This document shows positions 19,272 through 33,000 of a DNA stretch of 64,000 nucleotides, piece after piece. This DNA comes from the human T2T-CHM13v2.0 reference genome, Homo sapiens. The stretch's first letter is position 1; each line of letters opens with the position of its first letter. Position numbers and translations under genes: made by a program. The notes under the pieces are model-generated. The model saw nothing but the letters and a program-made list of their open reading frames with translations, did no database searches and was not told the DNA's origin. Where the stretch lies: NCBI RefSeq assembly GCF_009914755.1, contig NC_060948.1. One strand, given 5' to 3'.

Positions 19272-22169
19272 GGACTGGAATCAAACGGAATGGAATGCAA
19301 TGCAATCAAATGTCACGGAATAAAATAGAATGAAAGAGAATCAAATGGAATTGAATCGAATGGAATCGAATGGATTGGAAAGGAATAGAATGGAATGGAA
19401 TGGAATTGACTCAAATGGAATGGACTAGAATGGAATGGATTCGAATGGAAGGCAAAGGAATGGAATCTATTGGAATGGACTGTAATGGAATGGAATGGAA
19501 GGGATTGGAATGGACTCGAATGGAATGGACTGCAATAGAAAGGAATCGAATGGAATGAAAAAGAATTGAATGGAATAGAACAGAATGGAATCAAATCGAA
19601 TGAAATAGAATGGAATAGAAAGGAATGGAATGAAATGGAATGGAAAGGATTCGAATGGAATGCAATCGAATGGAATGAAATCGAACGGAATGGAATCGAA
19701 CAGAATGGAATAAAATGGAAGAGAACTGGCAAGAAATGGAATCGAAATGAATGGAGTGTTATGGAACGGACTCAAAAGGAATTGAATGTAATAGAATGGA
19801 GTGGAGTGGACTCGAATATAATGGACTGGAATGGAATGAAATCACATGGAATGGGAACGAATGGAATGGAATGGAAAGGAATGGAATGGAATGGAAAGGA
19901 ATCGAATGGAAGGGAATGAAATTGAATCAACAGGAATGGAAGGGAGTAGAGTAGACGGTAATGGAATGGACTCGAATAGAATGGACACGAATGCTCAAAT
20001 TGAATGGACTCGAATGGAATGGAAACGAAAGGAATGTCATCGAATGGAATTGAATCGATTGGAATGAAATCGCATAGAATGGAGTGGAATCAAATGGAAT
20101 TGAATCGAAAGGAAAGGAAGCGAATGGACTGAAATGAAATGGAATGGAATTGAATGGAAAGTAATGCAATGGAATAGAATGGAACGAAATTTCACGGAAT
20201 GGAATCAAACTGAATGGAATCAAATCAATGGAATATAATCAAATGGAATGGAAAGGAATTGAATGAAGTAGATTGGATTGGATGGGATTGGAATGAAATG
20301 TACTGGAAAGGACTCGAATTTCATGAAACGGAATGGAATGAATTGGAACGGAATGGACTCGAATGGAATGGAATGTCATGGAATGGCATCAAACGGAATG
20401 GCATCAAATGGGATGGAATCGAATGCAATGGAATGCTATGGAATGGAATGGAATGCATTGGAATGGAATGTCCTCTAATGGAATGGATTCTAGTGGAATG
20501 GAATCGAATATAATGGAGTCGAATGAAATGGAATTGAAAGGAATGGGATCGAATACAATGGAATAAACTGGAATGTAATGTAAAGAACTCGAATGTAATT
20601 GACTGGAATGGAATGCACATGAATGGAATGTAATCGAATTTAAAGTAATCCAATGGAATAGAATCTAATGCAATAAAATCGGCTCAGATAGGGTAGAATG
20701 TAATGGAATGGAGTGCAGTGCAATGGAATGGAATGGAATGGAATGCAATGGAATGGAATGGAATGGAATGGAATGGAATGGAATGGAATGGAATGGGATG
20801 GAATGGTATGGAATGGATAGTAATGGACTGGAGTGAAATGGACTGGAAAGGAATGGACTCAAATTGAAAGAGCTCGAAAGGAATGGAGTCAAATGGAATG
20901 GTCTGGAATGGAATGAACACGAATGTAATGCAATCCAATAGAATGGAATCGAATGGCATGGAATATAAAGAAATGGAATCGAAGAGAATGGAAACAAATG
21001 GAATGGAATAGAATGGAATGGAATTGAATGGAATGGGAACGAATGGAGTGAAATTGTATGCAGTAGAAGAGAATAGAATGGAATGCAAGCGAAAGGAAAG
21101 GAATGGATTGGAATGGAATGGAATTCATTGGAATGGAAGGGAATGTAGTGTAATGGACAGGCCTGGAATAAAGTGGAATGCTACGGTCTCGAATGGAATA
21201 AAAATGTATGGAATGGAATGCAATGAAACGGAATCGAATGTCATAGAATGTAATGGAATGCAAAAAAATGGACTCCAAATCATTGACTGGAAAGGCTGGG
21301 TGTCGAAAGGAAATGACTCCAATGGAATGGAATCGAATGGAATGGAAGTGAATAGAATCGAACTAAATCGAATGGAATGGAATTGATAGGAACGGAATGG
21401 AAAGGAATGCAATGATTCTGCATGGAATGGAATCAAATGACATCGAATGGAATGGAATGGAATGCAATGGAATGGAATGTATTAGAATGTAATGAACATT
21501 AATGGAAAGTACTCGAATGGATTCGACTGGAATGGAATGTTCTGGAAGTGAATGGACTCCAATGGAATGGATTCGAAAGGAATGGAATCGAACGGAATGG
21601 AATCTAATGGAATGGAATTAAATGGAAATGAATCAAATTGAATAGCACGGAATTGAATTGAATGGAATCGAATGCAATGGAATCTAATGAAACGGAAAGG
21701 AAAGGAATGGAATGGAATGGAATGGGCTGGAATGGAATGGAATCAAAACGAATGGAATGGAATCGAACTGAAGAGACTGGAATGGAATGCACTGGAATGG
21801 AAGGGAGTGTAATGGAAGGTTCTCGAAAAAAATGGAATCGAATGGAATGGAATTGAATGGAACGGAATAGAGTCGAATGGAATTGAATGGAATGGAATGG
21901 ACTAGAGTGAAATGGAATCGAACCACAAGGAATGGACAGGAATAGAATGGTCTCGAATTGAATGGAATCGTATGGAATGGCATCAAACGGAATGGAATGG
22001 ACAGCCACGGAATGGAATGCACTCGAATGCAATGGAGTCGAAACTAATGGACTGGAATAGAATGGACTCGACTGGTACGGACTCCAATGGAATGGAATCG
22101 AATGGAAGGGAATCGAACGGAATGGACTCGAAGGGAAAAGACTGCAATGGAAAGGTCTCGAATGGAATG

Positions 22170-24096
22170 GAAATTAATGGAATGGAATGGAATCGAATGA
22201 AATGGAGTCAAAAGGAATGGAATCGAATGGCAAGAAATCGAATGTAATGGAATCGCAAGGAATTGATGTGAACGGAACGGAATGGAATGGAATCCAAAGG
22301 AATGGAATAGAATGGAATGGAATCGAATGGAAAGGACTCGAATGGAAATCACTCGAATAGAATGCAATTTAATAAAATAGGATCAAATGTAATGGAATGG
22401 AATGGAAAGGAATCGAAACAAAAGGACTGGAGACAGATGGAATGGAATGGAACAGAGAGCAATGGTATAGAATGGAATGGAATCATCTGGAATGGAATTG
22501 AATGGAATGGAATAATATGAAATGGAATGGAATGGAATGGAATGGAATGCCCTTGAATTAAATGGACTGGACTCGAACAGAGTGGAATGGAAAGTGTTCA
22601 GATAGCATAGAATGGACTCCTTCGGAATGGTCTAGTATGCAATGCAATCGACTGGCAGGGAATCAAAAGGAATGTAATCGAATGGATTGGACTGGAATGC
22701 AATGGACTCGAATAGACTGGAAACGGAATGCAAAGGAATGGAATGGAATAGTATGGAATGGAATGGAAAGGAATGGAGTGGAATAGACTAGAGTGGAGTG
22801 GAATGGACTGGAAAGCAATGGACTGGAATGGAACATTCTGGAATGGACTGGAATCAAACCGAATGGAATGCAATGCAATCAAATGTCATGGAATAAAATA
22901 GAATGAAAGAGAATCAAATGGAATTGAATCGAATGGAATCGAATGGATTGGAAAGGATTAGAATGGAATGGAATGGAATTGACTCAAATGGAATGGACTA
23001 GAATGGAATGGATTCGAATGGAAGGCAAAGGAATGGAATCTATTGGAATGGACTGTAACGGAATCGAATGGAAGGGATTGGAATGGACTCGAATGGAATG
23101 GACTGCAATAGAAAGGATTCGAATGGAATGGAAATTAATGGAATGGAATGGAATCGAATGAAATGGAGTCAAAAGGAATGGAATCGAATGGCAAGAAATT
23201 GAATGTAATGGGATCGCAAGGAATTGATGTGAACGGAACGGAATGGAATGGAATCCAAAGGAATGGAATAGAATGGAATGGAATCGAATGGAAAGGACTC
23301 GAATGGAAATCACTCGAATAGAATGCAATTTAATAAAATAGGATCAAATGTAATGGAATGGAATGGAAAGGAATCGAAACGAAAGGAATGGAGACAGATG
23401 GAATGGAATGGAACAGAGAGCAATGGTATAGAATGGAATGGAATCATCTGGAATGGAATTGAATGGAATGGAATAATATGAAATGGAATGGAATGGAATG
23501 GAATGCCCTTGAATTAAATGGACTGGAATGGAATGGACTCGAACAGAGTGGAATGGAAAGTGTTGAAATAGAATGGAATGGACTCCTTTGGAATGGTCTA
23601 GTATGCAATGCAATCGACTGGCAGGGAATCAAAAGGAATGTAATCGAATGGATTGGACTGGAATGCAATGGACTCGAATAGATTGGAAACGGAATGCAAA
23701 GGAAAGGAATGGAATAGTATGGAATGGAATGGAAAGGAATGGAGTGGAATAGACTAGAGTGGAATGGAATGGACTCGAAAGCAATGGACTGGAATGGAAC
23801 TTTCTTGAATGGACTGGAATCAAACGGAATGGAATGCAATGCAATCAAATGGCATGGAATAAAATAGAATGAAAGAGAATCAAATGGAATTGAATCGAAA
23901 GGAATCGAATGGATTGGAAAGGAAGAGAATGGAATGGAATGGAATTGACTAAAATGGAATGGACTAGAATGGAATGGATTCGAATGGAAGGCAAAGGAAT
24001 GGAATCTATTGGAATGGACTGTAATGGAATGGAATGGAAGGGATTGCAATGGACTCGAATGGAATGGACTGCAATAGAAAGGATTCGAATGGAATG
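22170..24096 (+). repeat. Internal tandem duplication (~961 bp) within a DYZ1 unit
   Basis: gaaattaatgg occurs at 22170 and again at 23131. All intervening landmarks (ggcaagaaat, gatgtgaacgg, gagacagatgg, gcccttgaattaa, actggcaggg) occur twice. The unit length is 4524 bp. Confidence 0.92.
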
Positions 24097-27000
24097 AAAA
24101 AGAATTGAATGGAATAGAACAGAATGGAATCAAATCGAATGAAATGGAATGGAATAGAAAGGAATGGAATGAAATGGAATGGAAAGGATTCGAATGGAAT
24201 GCAATCGAATGGAATGCAATCGAACGGAATGGAATCGAAGAGAATGGAATAAAATGGAAGAAAACTGGCAAGAAATGGAATCGAAATGAATGGAGTGTTA
24301 TGGAACGGACTCAAAAGGAATTGAATGTAATAGAATGGAGTGGAGTGGACTCGAATATAATGGACTGGAATGGAATGAAATCACATGGAATGGGAACGAA
24401 TGGAATGGAATGGAAAGGAATGGAATCGAATGGAAAGGAATCGAATGGAAGGGAATGAAATTGAATCAACAGGAATGGAAGGGAGTAGAATAGACGGTAA
24501 TGGAATGGACTCGAATAGAATGGACACGAATGCTCAAATTGAATGGACTCGAGTGGAATGGAAACGAAAGGAATGTCATCGAATGGAATTGAATCGATTG
24601 GAATGAAATCGCATAGAATGGAGTGGAATCAAATGGAATTGAATCGAAAGGAAAGGAAGCGAATGGACTGAAATGAAATGGAATGGAATTGAATGGAAAG
24701 TAATGCAATGGAATAGAATGGAACGAAATTTCACGGAATGGAATCAAACTGAATGGAATCAAATCAATGGAAAATAATCAAATGGAATGGAAAGGAATTG
24801 AATGGAGTAGATTGGATTGGATGGGATTGGAATGAAATGGAATGGAAAGGACTCGAATTTCATGAAACGGAATGGAATGAATTGGAACGGAATGAACTCG
24901 AATGGAATGGAATGTCATGGAATGGCAACAAATGGAATGGCATCAAAGGGAATGTAATCGAATGCAATGGAATGTTAAGGAATGGAATGGAATGCATTGG
25001 AATGGAATGTCCTCTAATGGAATGGATTCGAGTGGAATGGAATCGAATATAATGGAGTCGAATGAAATGGAATTGAAAGGAATGGGATCGAATACAATGG
25101 AATATACTGGAATGTAACGTAATGAACTCGAATGTAATTGACTGGAATGGAATGTACATGAATGGAATGTAATTGAATGGAAAGTAATCCAACGGAATAG
25201 TATCTAATGCAATAAAATCGACTCAGATAGAGTAGAATGTAATGGAATGGAGTGTAGTGCAATGGAATGGAATGGAATGGAATGGAATGCAATGGAATGG
25301 AATGGAATGGAATGGAATGGGATGGAATGGTATGGAATGGATAGTAATGGACTGGAGAGAAATGGACTGGAAAGCAATGGACTCAAATTGAAAGGGCTCG
25401 AAAGGAATGGAGTCAAGTGCAACGGTCTGGAATAGAATGAACACGAATGTAATGCAATCCAATAGAATGGAATCCAAAGGCATGGAATATAAAGAAATGG
25501 AATCGAAGTGAATGGAAACAAATGGAATGGAATTGAATGGAATGGAATTGAATGGAATGGGAACGAATGGAGTGAAATTGTATGCAGTAGAAGAGAATAG
25601 AATGGAATGCAAGCGAAAGGAAAGGAATGGATTGGAATGGAATGGAATTCATTGGAATGGAAGGGAATGTAGTGTAATGGACAGGCCTGGAATAAAGTGG
25701 AATGCTACGGTCTCGAATGGAATAAAAATGTATGGAATGGAATGCAATGAAACGGAATCGAATGTCATAGAATGTAATGGAATGCAAAAAAATGGACTCC
25801 AAAATCATTGACTGGAAAGGCTGGGTGTCGAAAGGAACTGACTCCAATGGAATGGAATTGAATGGAATGGAAGTGAATAGAATCGAACTAAATCGAATGG
25901 AATGGAATTGATAGGAACGGAATGGAAAGGAATGCAATGATTTGGCATGGAATGGAATCGAATGGCATCGAATTGAATGGAATGGAATGCAATGGAATGT
26001 ATTAGAATGTAATGAACTTTAATGGAATGTACTCGAATGCATTCGACTGGAATGGAATGTTCTGGAAGTGAATGGACTCCAATGGAATGGATTCGAAAGG
26101 AATGGAATCTAATGGAATGGAATTAAATGGAAATGAATCAAATTGAATAGCACGGAATTGAATTGAATGGAATCGAATGCAATGGAATCTAATGAAACGG
26201 AAAGGAAAGGAATGGAATGGAATGGAATGGGCTGGAATGGAATGGAATCGAAACGAATGGATTGGAATCGAACTGAAGAGACTGGAATGGAATGCACTGG
26301 AATGGAAGGGAGTGTAATGGAAGGTTCTCGAAAAAAATGGAATCGAATGGAATGGAAGTGAATGGAACGGAATACAGTCGAATGGAATTCAATGGAATGG
26401 AATGGACTAGAGTGAAATGGAATCGAACCACAAGGAATGGACAGAAATAGAATGGTCTCGAATTGAATGGAATCGTATGGAATGGCATCAAACGGAATGG
26501 AATGGACAGCCACGGAATGGAATGGACTCGAATGCAATGGAGTCGAAACTAATGGACTGGAATAGAATGGACTCGACTGGTACGGACTCCAATGGAATGG
26601 AATCGAATGGAAGGGAATCGAACGGAATGGACTCGAAGGGAAAAGACTGCAATGGAAAGGTCTCGAATGGAATGGAAATTAATGGAATGGAATGGAATCG
26701 AATGAAATGGAGTCAAAAGGAATGGAATCGAATGGCAAGAAATCGAATGTAATGGAATCGCAAGGAATTGATGTGAACGGAACGGAATGGAATGGAATCC
26801 AAAGGAATGGAATAGAATGGAATGAAATCGAATGGAAAGGACTCGAATGGAAATCACTCGAATAGAATACAATTTAATAAAATAGGATCAAATGTAATGG
26901 AATGGAATGGAAAGGAATCGAAACGAAAGGAATGGAGACAGATGGAATGGAATGGAACAGAGAGCAATGGTATAGAATGGAATGGAAGCATCTGGAATGG

Positions 27001-30000
27001 AATTGAATGGAATGGAATAATATGAAATGGAATGGAGTGGAATGGAATGCCCTTGAATTAAATGGACAGGAATGGAATGGACTCGAACAGAGTGGAATGG
27101 AAAGTGTTGAAATAGAATGGAATGGACTCGTTTGGAATGGTCTAGTATGCAATGCAATCGACTGGCAGGGAATCAAAAGGAATGTAATGGAATGGATTGG
27201 ACTGGAATGCAATGGACTCGAATAGATTGGAAACGGAATGCAAAGGAATGGAATGGATTAGTATGGAATGGAATGGAAAGGAATGGAGTGGAATAGACTA
27301 GAGTGGAATGGAATGGACTGGAAAGCAATGGACTGGAATGGAACTTTCTTGATTGGACTGGAATCAAACGGAATGGAATGCTATGCAATCAAATGGCATG
27401 GAATAAAATAGAATGAAAGAGAATCAAATGGAATTGAATCGAATGGAATCGAATGGATTGGAAAGGAAGAGAATGGAATGGAATGGAATTGAATCAAATG
27501 GAATGGACTAGAATGGAATAGATTCGAATGGAAGGCAAAGGAATGGAATCTATTGGAATGGACTGTAATGGAATGGAATGGAAGGGATTGGAATGGACTC
27601 GAATGGAATGGACTGCAATAGAAAGGATTCGAATGGAATGAAAAAGAATTGAATGGAATAGAAGAGAATGGAATCAAATCGAATGAAATGGAATGGAATA
27701 GAAAGGAATGGAATGAAATGGAATGGAAAGGATTCGAATGGAATGCAATCGAATGGAATGCAATCGAATGGAATGGAATCGAACGGAATGGAATAAAATG
27801 GAAGAAAACTGGCAAGAAATGGAATCGAAAGGAATGGAGTGTTATGGAACGGACTCGAAAGGAATTGAATGTAATAGAATGGAGTGGAGTGGACTCGAAT
27901 ATAATGGACTGGAATGGAATGAAATCACATGGAATGGGAACGAATGGAATGGAATGGAAAGGAATGGAATCGAATGGAAAGGAATCGAATGGAAGGGAAT
28001 GAAATTGAATCAACAGGAATGGAAGGGAGTAGAATACACGGTAATGGAATGGACTCGAATAGAATGGACACGAATGCTCCAATTGAATGGACTCGAATGG
28101 AATGGAAACGAAAGGAATGTCATCGAATGGAATTGAATCGATTGGAATGAAATCGCATAGAATGGAGTGGAATCAAATGGAATTGAATCGAAAGGAAAGG
28201 AAGCGAATGGACTGAAATGGAATGGAATGGAATGGAATGGAAAGTAATGCAATGGAATAGAATGGAACGAAATTTCACGGAATGGAATCAAACTGAATGG
28301 AATCAAATCAATGGAATATAATCAAATGGAATGGAAAGGAATTGAATGGAGTAGATTGGATTGGATGGGATTGGAATGAAATGTACTGGAAAGGACTCGA
28401 ATTTCATGAAACGGAATGGAATGAATTGGAACGGAATGGACTCGAATGGAATGGAATGTCATGGAATGGCAACAAATGGAATGGCATCAAATGGAATGGA
28501 ATCGAATGCAATGGAATGCTTTGGAATGGAATGGAATGCATTGGAATGGAATGTCCTCTAATGGAATGGATTCGAGTGGAATGGAATCGAATATAATGGA
28601 GTCGAATGAAATGGAATTGAAAGGAATGGGATCGAATACAATGGAATATACTGGAATGTAATGTAATGAACTCGAATGTAATTGACTGGAATGGAATGTA
28701 CATGAATGCAATGTAATCGAATGGAAAGTAATCCAATGGAATAGAATCTAATGCAATAAAATCGACTCAAATAGAATAGAATGTAATGGAATGGAGTGCA
28801 GTGCAATGGAATGGAATGGAATGGAATGCAATGGAATGGAATGGAATGGAATGGAATGGAATGGAATGCAATGGGATGGAATGGTATGGAATGGACTGTA
28901 ATGGACAGGAGTGAAATGGACTGGAAATGAACGGACTCAAATTGAAAGGGCTCGAAAGGAATGGAGTCAATTGGAATGGTCTGGAATGGAATGAACACGA
29001 ATGTAATGCAATCCAGTAGAATGGAATCGAATGGCATGGAATATAAAGAAATGGAATCGAAGAGAATGGAAACAAATGGAATGGAATTGAATGGAATGGA
29101 ATTGAATGGAATGGGAACGAATGGAGGGAAATTGTATGCAGTAGAAGAGAATAGAATGGAATGCAAGCGAAAGGAAATGAATGGATTGGAATGGAATGGA
29201 ATTCATTGGAATCGAAGGGAATGTAGTGTAATGGACAGGCCTGGAATAAAGTGGAATGCTACGGTCTCGAATGGAATAAAAATGTATGGAATGGAATGCA
29301 ATGAAACGGAATCGAATGTCATAGAATGTAATGGAAGGCAAAAAAATGGACTCCAAAATCATTGACTGGAAAGGCTGGGTGTCGAAAGGAATTGACTCCA
29401 ATGGAATGGAATCGAATGGAATGGAAGTGAATAGAATGGAACTAAATCGAATGGAATGGAATTGATAGGAACGGAATGGAAAGGAATGCAATGATTTGGC
29501 ATGGAATGGAATCGAATGGCATCGAATGGAATGGAATGGAATGCAATGGAATGGAATGTATTAGAATGTAATGAACTTTAATGGAATGTACTCGAATGGA
29601 TTCGACTGGAATGGAATGTTCTCGAAGTGAATGGACTCCAATGGAATGGATTCGAAAGGAATGGAATCTAATGGAATGGAATTAAATGGAAATGAATCAA
29701 ATTGAATAGAACGGAATTGAATTGAATGGAATCGAATGCAATGGAATCTAATGAAACGGAAAGGAAAGGAATAGAATGGAATGGAATGGAATGGAATGGG
29801 CTGGAATGGAATGGAATAGAAACGAATGGAATGGAATCGAACTGAAGAGACTGGAATGGAATGCACTGGAATGGAAGGGAGTGTAATGGAAGGTTCTCGA
29901 AAAAAATGGAATCGAAAGGAATGGAATTGAATGGAACGGAATAGAGTCGAATGGAATTCAATGGAATGGAATGGACTAGAGTGAAATGGAATCGAACCAC

Positions 30001-33000
30001 AAGGAATGGACAGGAATAGAATGGTCTCGAATTGAATGGAATCGTATGGAATGGCATCAAACGGAATGGAATGGACAGCCACGGAATGGAATGCACTCGA
30101 ATGCAATGGAGTCGAAACTAATGGACTGGAATAGAATGGACTCGACTGGTACGGACTCCAATGGAATGGAATCGAATGGAAGGGAATCGAACGGAATGGA
30201 CTCGAAGGGAAAAGACTGCAATGGAAAGGTCTCGAATGGAACGAAAATTAGTGGAATGGAATGGAATGGAACGAAATGGAGTCAACAGGAATGGAATCGA
30301 ATGGCAAGTAATCGAATGTAATGGAATCGCAAGGAATTGATGTGAACGGAACGGAATGGAATGGAATCCAAAGGAATGGAATAGAATGGAATGGAATCGA
30401 ATGGAAAGGACTCGAATGGAAATCACTCGAATAGAATGCAATTTAATAAAATAGGATCAAATGTAATGGAATGGAATGGAAAGGAATCGAAACGAAAGGA
30501 ATGGAGACAGATGGAATGGAATGGAACAGAGAGCAATGGTATAGAATGGAATGGAATCATCTGGAATGGAATTGAATGGAATGGAATAACATGAAATGGA
30601 ATGGAATGGAATGGAATGCCCTTGAATTAAACGGACTGGAATGGAATGGATTCGTACAGAGTGGAATGGAATGTGTTGAAATAGAATGGAATGGACTCCT
30701 TTGGAATGGTGTAGTATGCAATGCAATCGACTGGCAGGGAATCAAAAGGAATGTAATCGAATGGATTGGACTGGAATGCAATGGACTCGAATAGATTGGA
30801 AACGGAATGCAAAGGAATGGAATGGAATAGTATGGAATGGAATGGAAAGGAATGGAGTGGAATAGACTAGAGTGGAATGGAATGGACTCGAAAGCAATGG
30901 ACTGGAATGGAAGTTTCTTGAATGGACTGGAATCAAACGGAATGGAATGCAATGCAATCAAATGTCATGGAATAAAATAGAATGAAAGAGAATCAAATGG
31001 AATTGAATCGAATGGAATCGAATGGATTGGAAAGGAATAGAATGGAATGGAATGGAATTGACTCAAATGGAATGGACTAGAATGGAATGGATTCGAATGG
31101 AAGGCAAAGGAATGGAATCTATTGGAATGGACTGTAATGGAATGGAATGGAAGGGATTGGAATGGACTCGAATGGAATGGACTGCAATAGAAAGGATTCG
31201 AATGGAATGAAAAAGAATTGAATGGAATAGAACAGAATGGAATCAAATCGAATGAAATGGAATGGAATAGAAAGGAATGGAATGAAATGGAATGGAAAGG
31301 ATTCGAATGGAATGCAATCGAATGGAATGGAATCGAACGGAATGTAATAAAATGGAAGAAAACTGGCAAGAAATGGAATCGAAAGGAATGGAGTGTTATG
31401 GAACGGACTCAAAAGGAATTGAATGTAATAGAATGGAGTGGAGTGGACTCGAATATAATGGACTGGAATGGAATGAAATCACATGGAATCGGAACGAATG
31501 GAATGGAATGGAAAGGAATGGAATCAAATGGAAAGGAATCGAATGGAAGGGAATGAAATTGAATCAACAGGAATGGAAGGGAATAGAATAGACGGTAATG
31601 GAATGGACTCGAATAGAATGCACACAAATGCTCAAATTGAATGGGCTCGAATGGAATGGAAACGAAAGGAATGTCATCGAATGGAATTGAATCGATTGGA
31701 ATGAAATCGCATAGAATGGAGTGGAATCAAATGGAATTGAATCGAAAGGAAAGGAAGCGAATGGACTGAAATGAAATGGAATGGAATTGAATGGAAAGTA
31801 ATGCAATGGAATAGAATGGAACGAAATTTCACGGAATGGAATCAAACTGAATGGAATCAAATCAATGGAATCAAATCAAATGGAATGGAAAGGAATTGAA
31901 TGGAGTAGATTGGATTGGATGGGATTGGAATGAAATGTACTGGAAAGGACTCAAATTTCATGAAACGGAATGGAATGAATTGGAACGGAATGGACTCGAA
32001 TGGAATGGAATGTCATGGAATGGCATCAAACGGAATGGCATCAAATGGGATGGAATCGAATGCAATGGAATGCTATGGAATGGAATGGAATGCATTGGAA
32101 TGGAATGTCCTCTAATGGAATGGATTCGGGAGGAATGGAATCAAATATAATGGAGTCGAATGAAATGGAATTGAAAGGAATGGGATCGAATACAATGGAA
32201 TATACTGGATTGTAACGTAATGAACTCGAATGTAATTGACTGGAATGGAATGTACATGAATGGAATGTAACCGAATGGAAAGTAATCCAATGGAATAGAA
32301 TCTAATGCAATAAAATCGACTGTAATAGAATAGAATGTAATGGAATGGAGTGCAGTGCAATGGAATGGAATGGAATGGAATGGAATGGAATGGAATGGAA
32401 TGGAATGCAATGGGATGGAATGGTATGGAATGGATAGTAATGGACTGGAGTGAAATGGACTGGAAAGGAATGGACTCAAATTGAAAGGGCTCGAAAGGAA
32501 TGGAGTCAAATGGAATGGTCTGGAATGGAATGAACACGAATGTAATGCAATCCAATAGAATGGAATCGAATGGCATGGAATATAAAGAAATGGAATCGAA
32601 GAGAATGGAAACAAATGGAAAGGAATTGAATGGAATGGGAACGAATGGAGTGAAATTGTATGCAGTAGAAGAGAATAGAATGGAATGGAAGCGAAAGGAA
32701 AGGAATGGATTGGAATGGAATGGAATTCATTGGAATGGAAGGGAATGTAGTGTAATGGACAGGCCTGGAATAAAGTGGAATGCTACGGTCTCGAATGGAA
32801 TAAAAATGTATGGAATGGAATGCAATGAAACGGAATCGAATGTCATAGAATGTAATGGAATGCAAAAAAATGGACTCCAAAATCATTGACTGGAAAGGCT
32901 GGGTGTCGAAAGGAATTGACTCCAATGGAATGGAATCGAATGGAATGGAAGTGAATAGAATCGAACTAAATCGAATGGAATGGAATTGATAGGAACGGAA

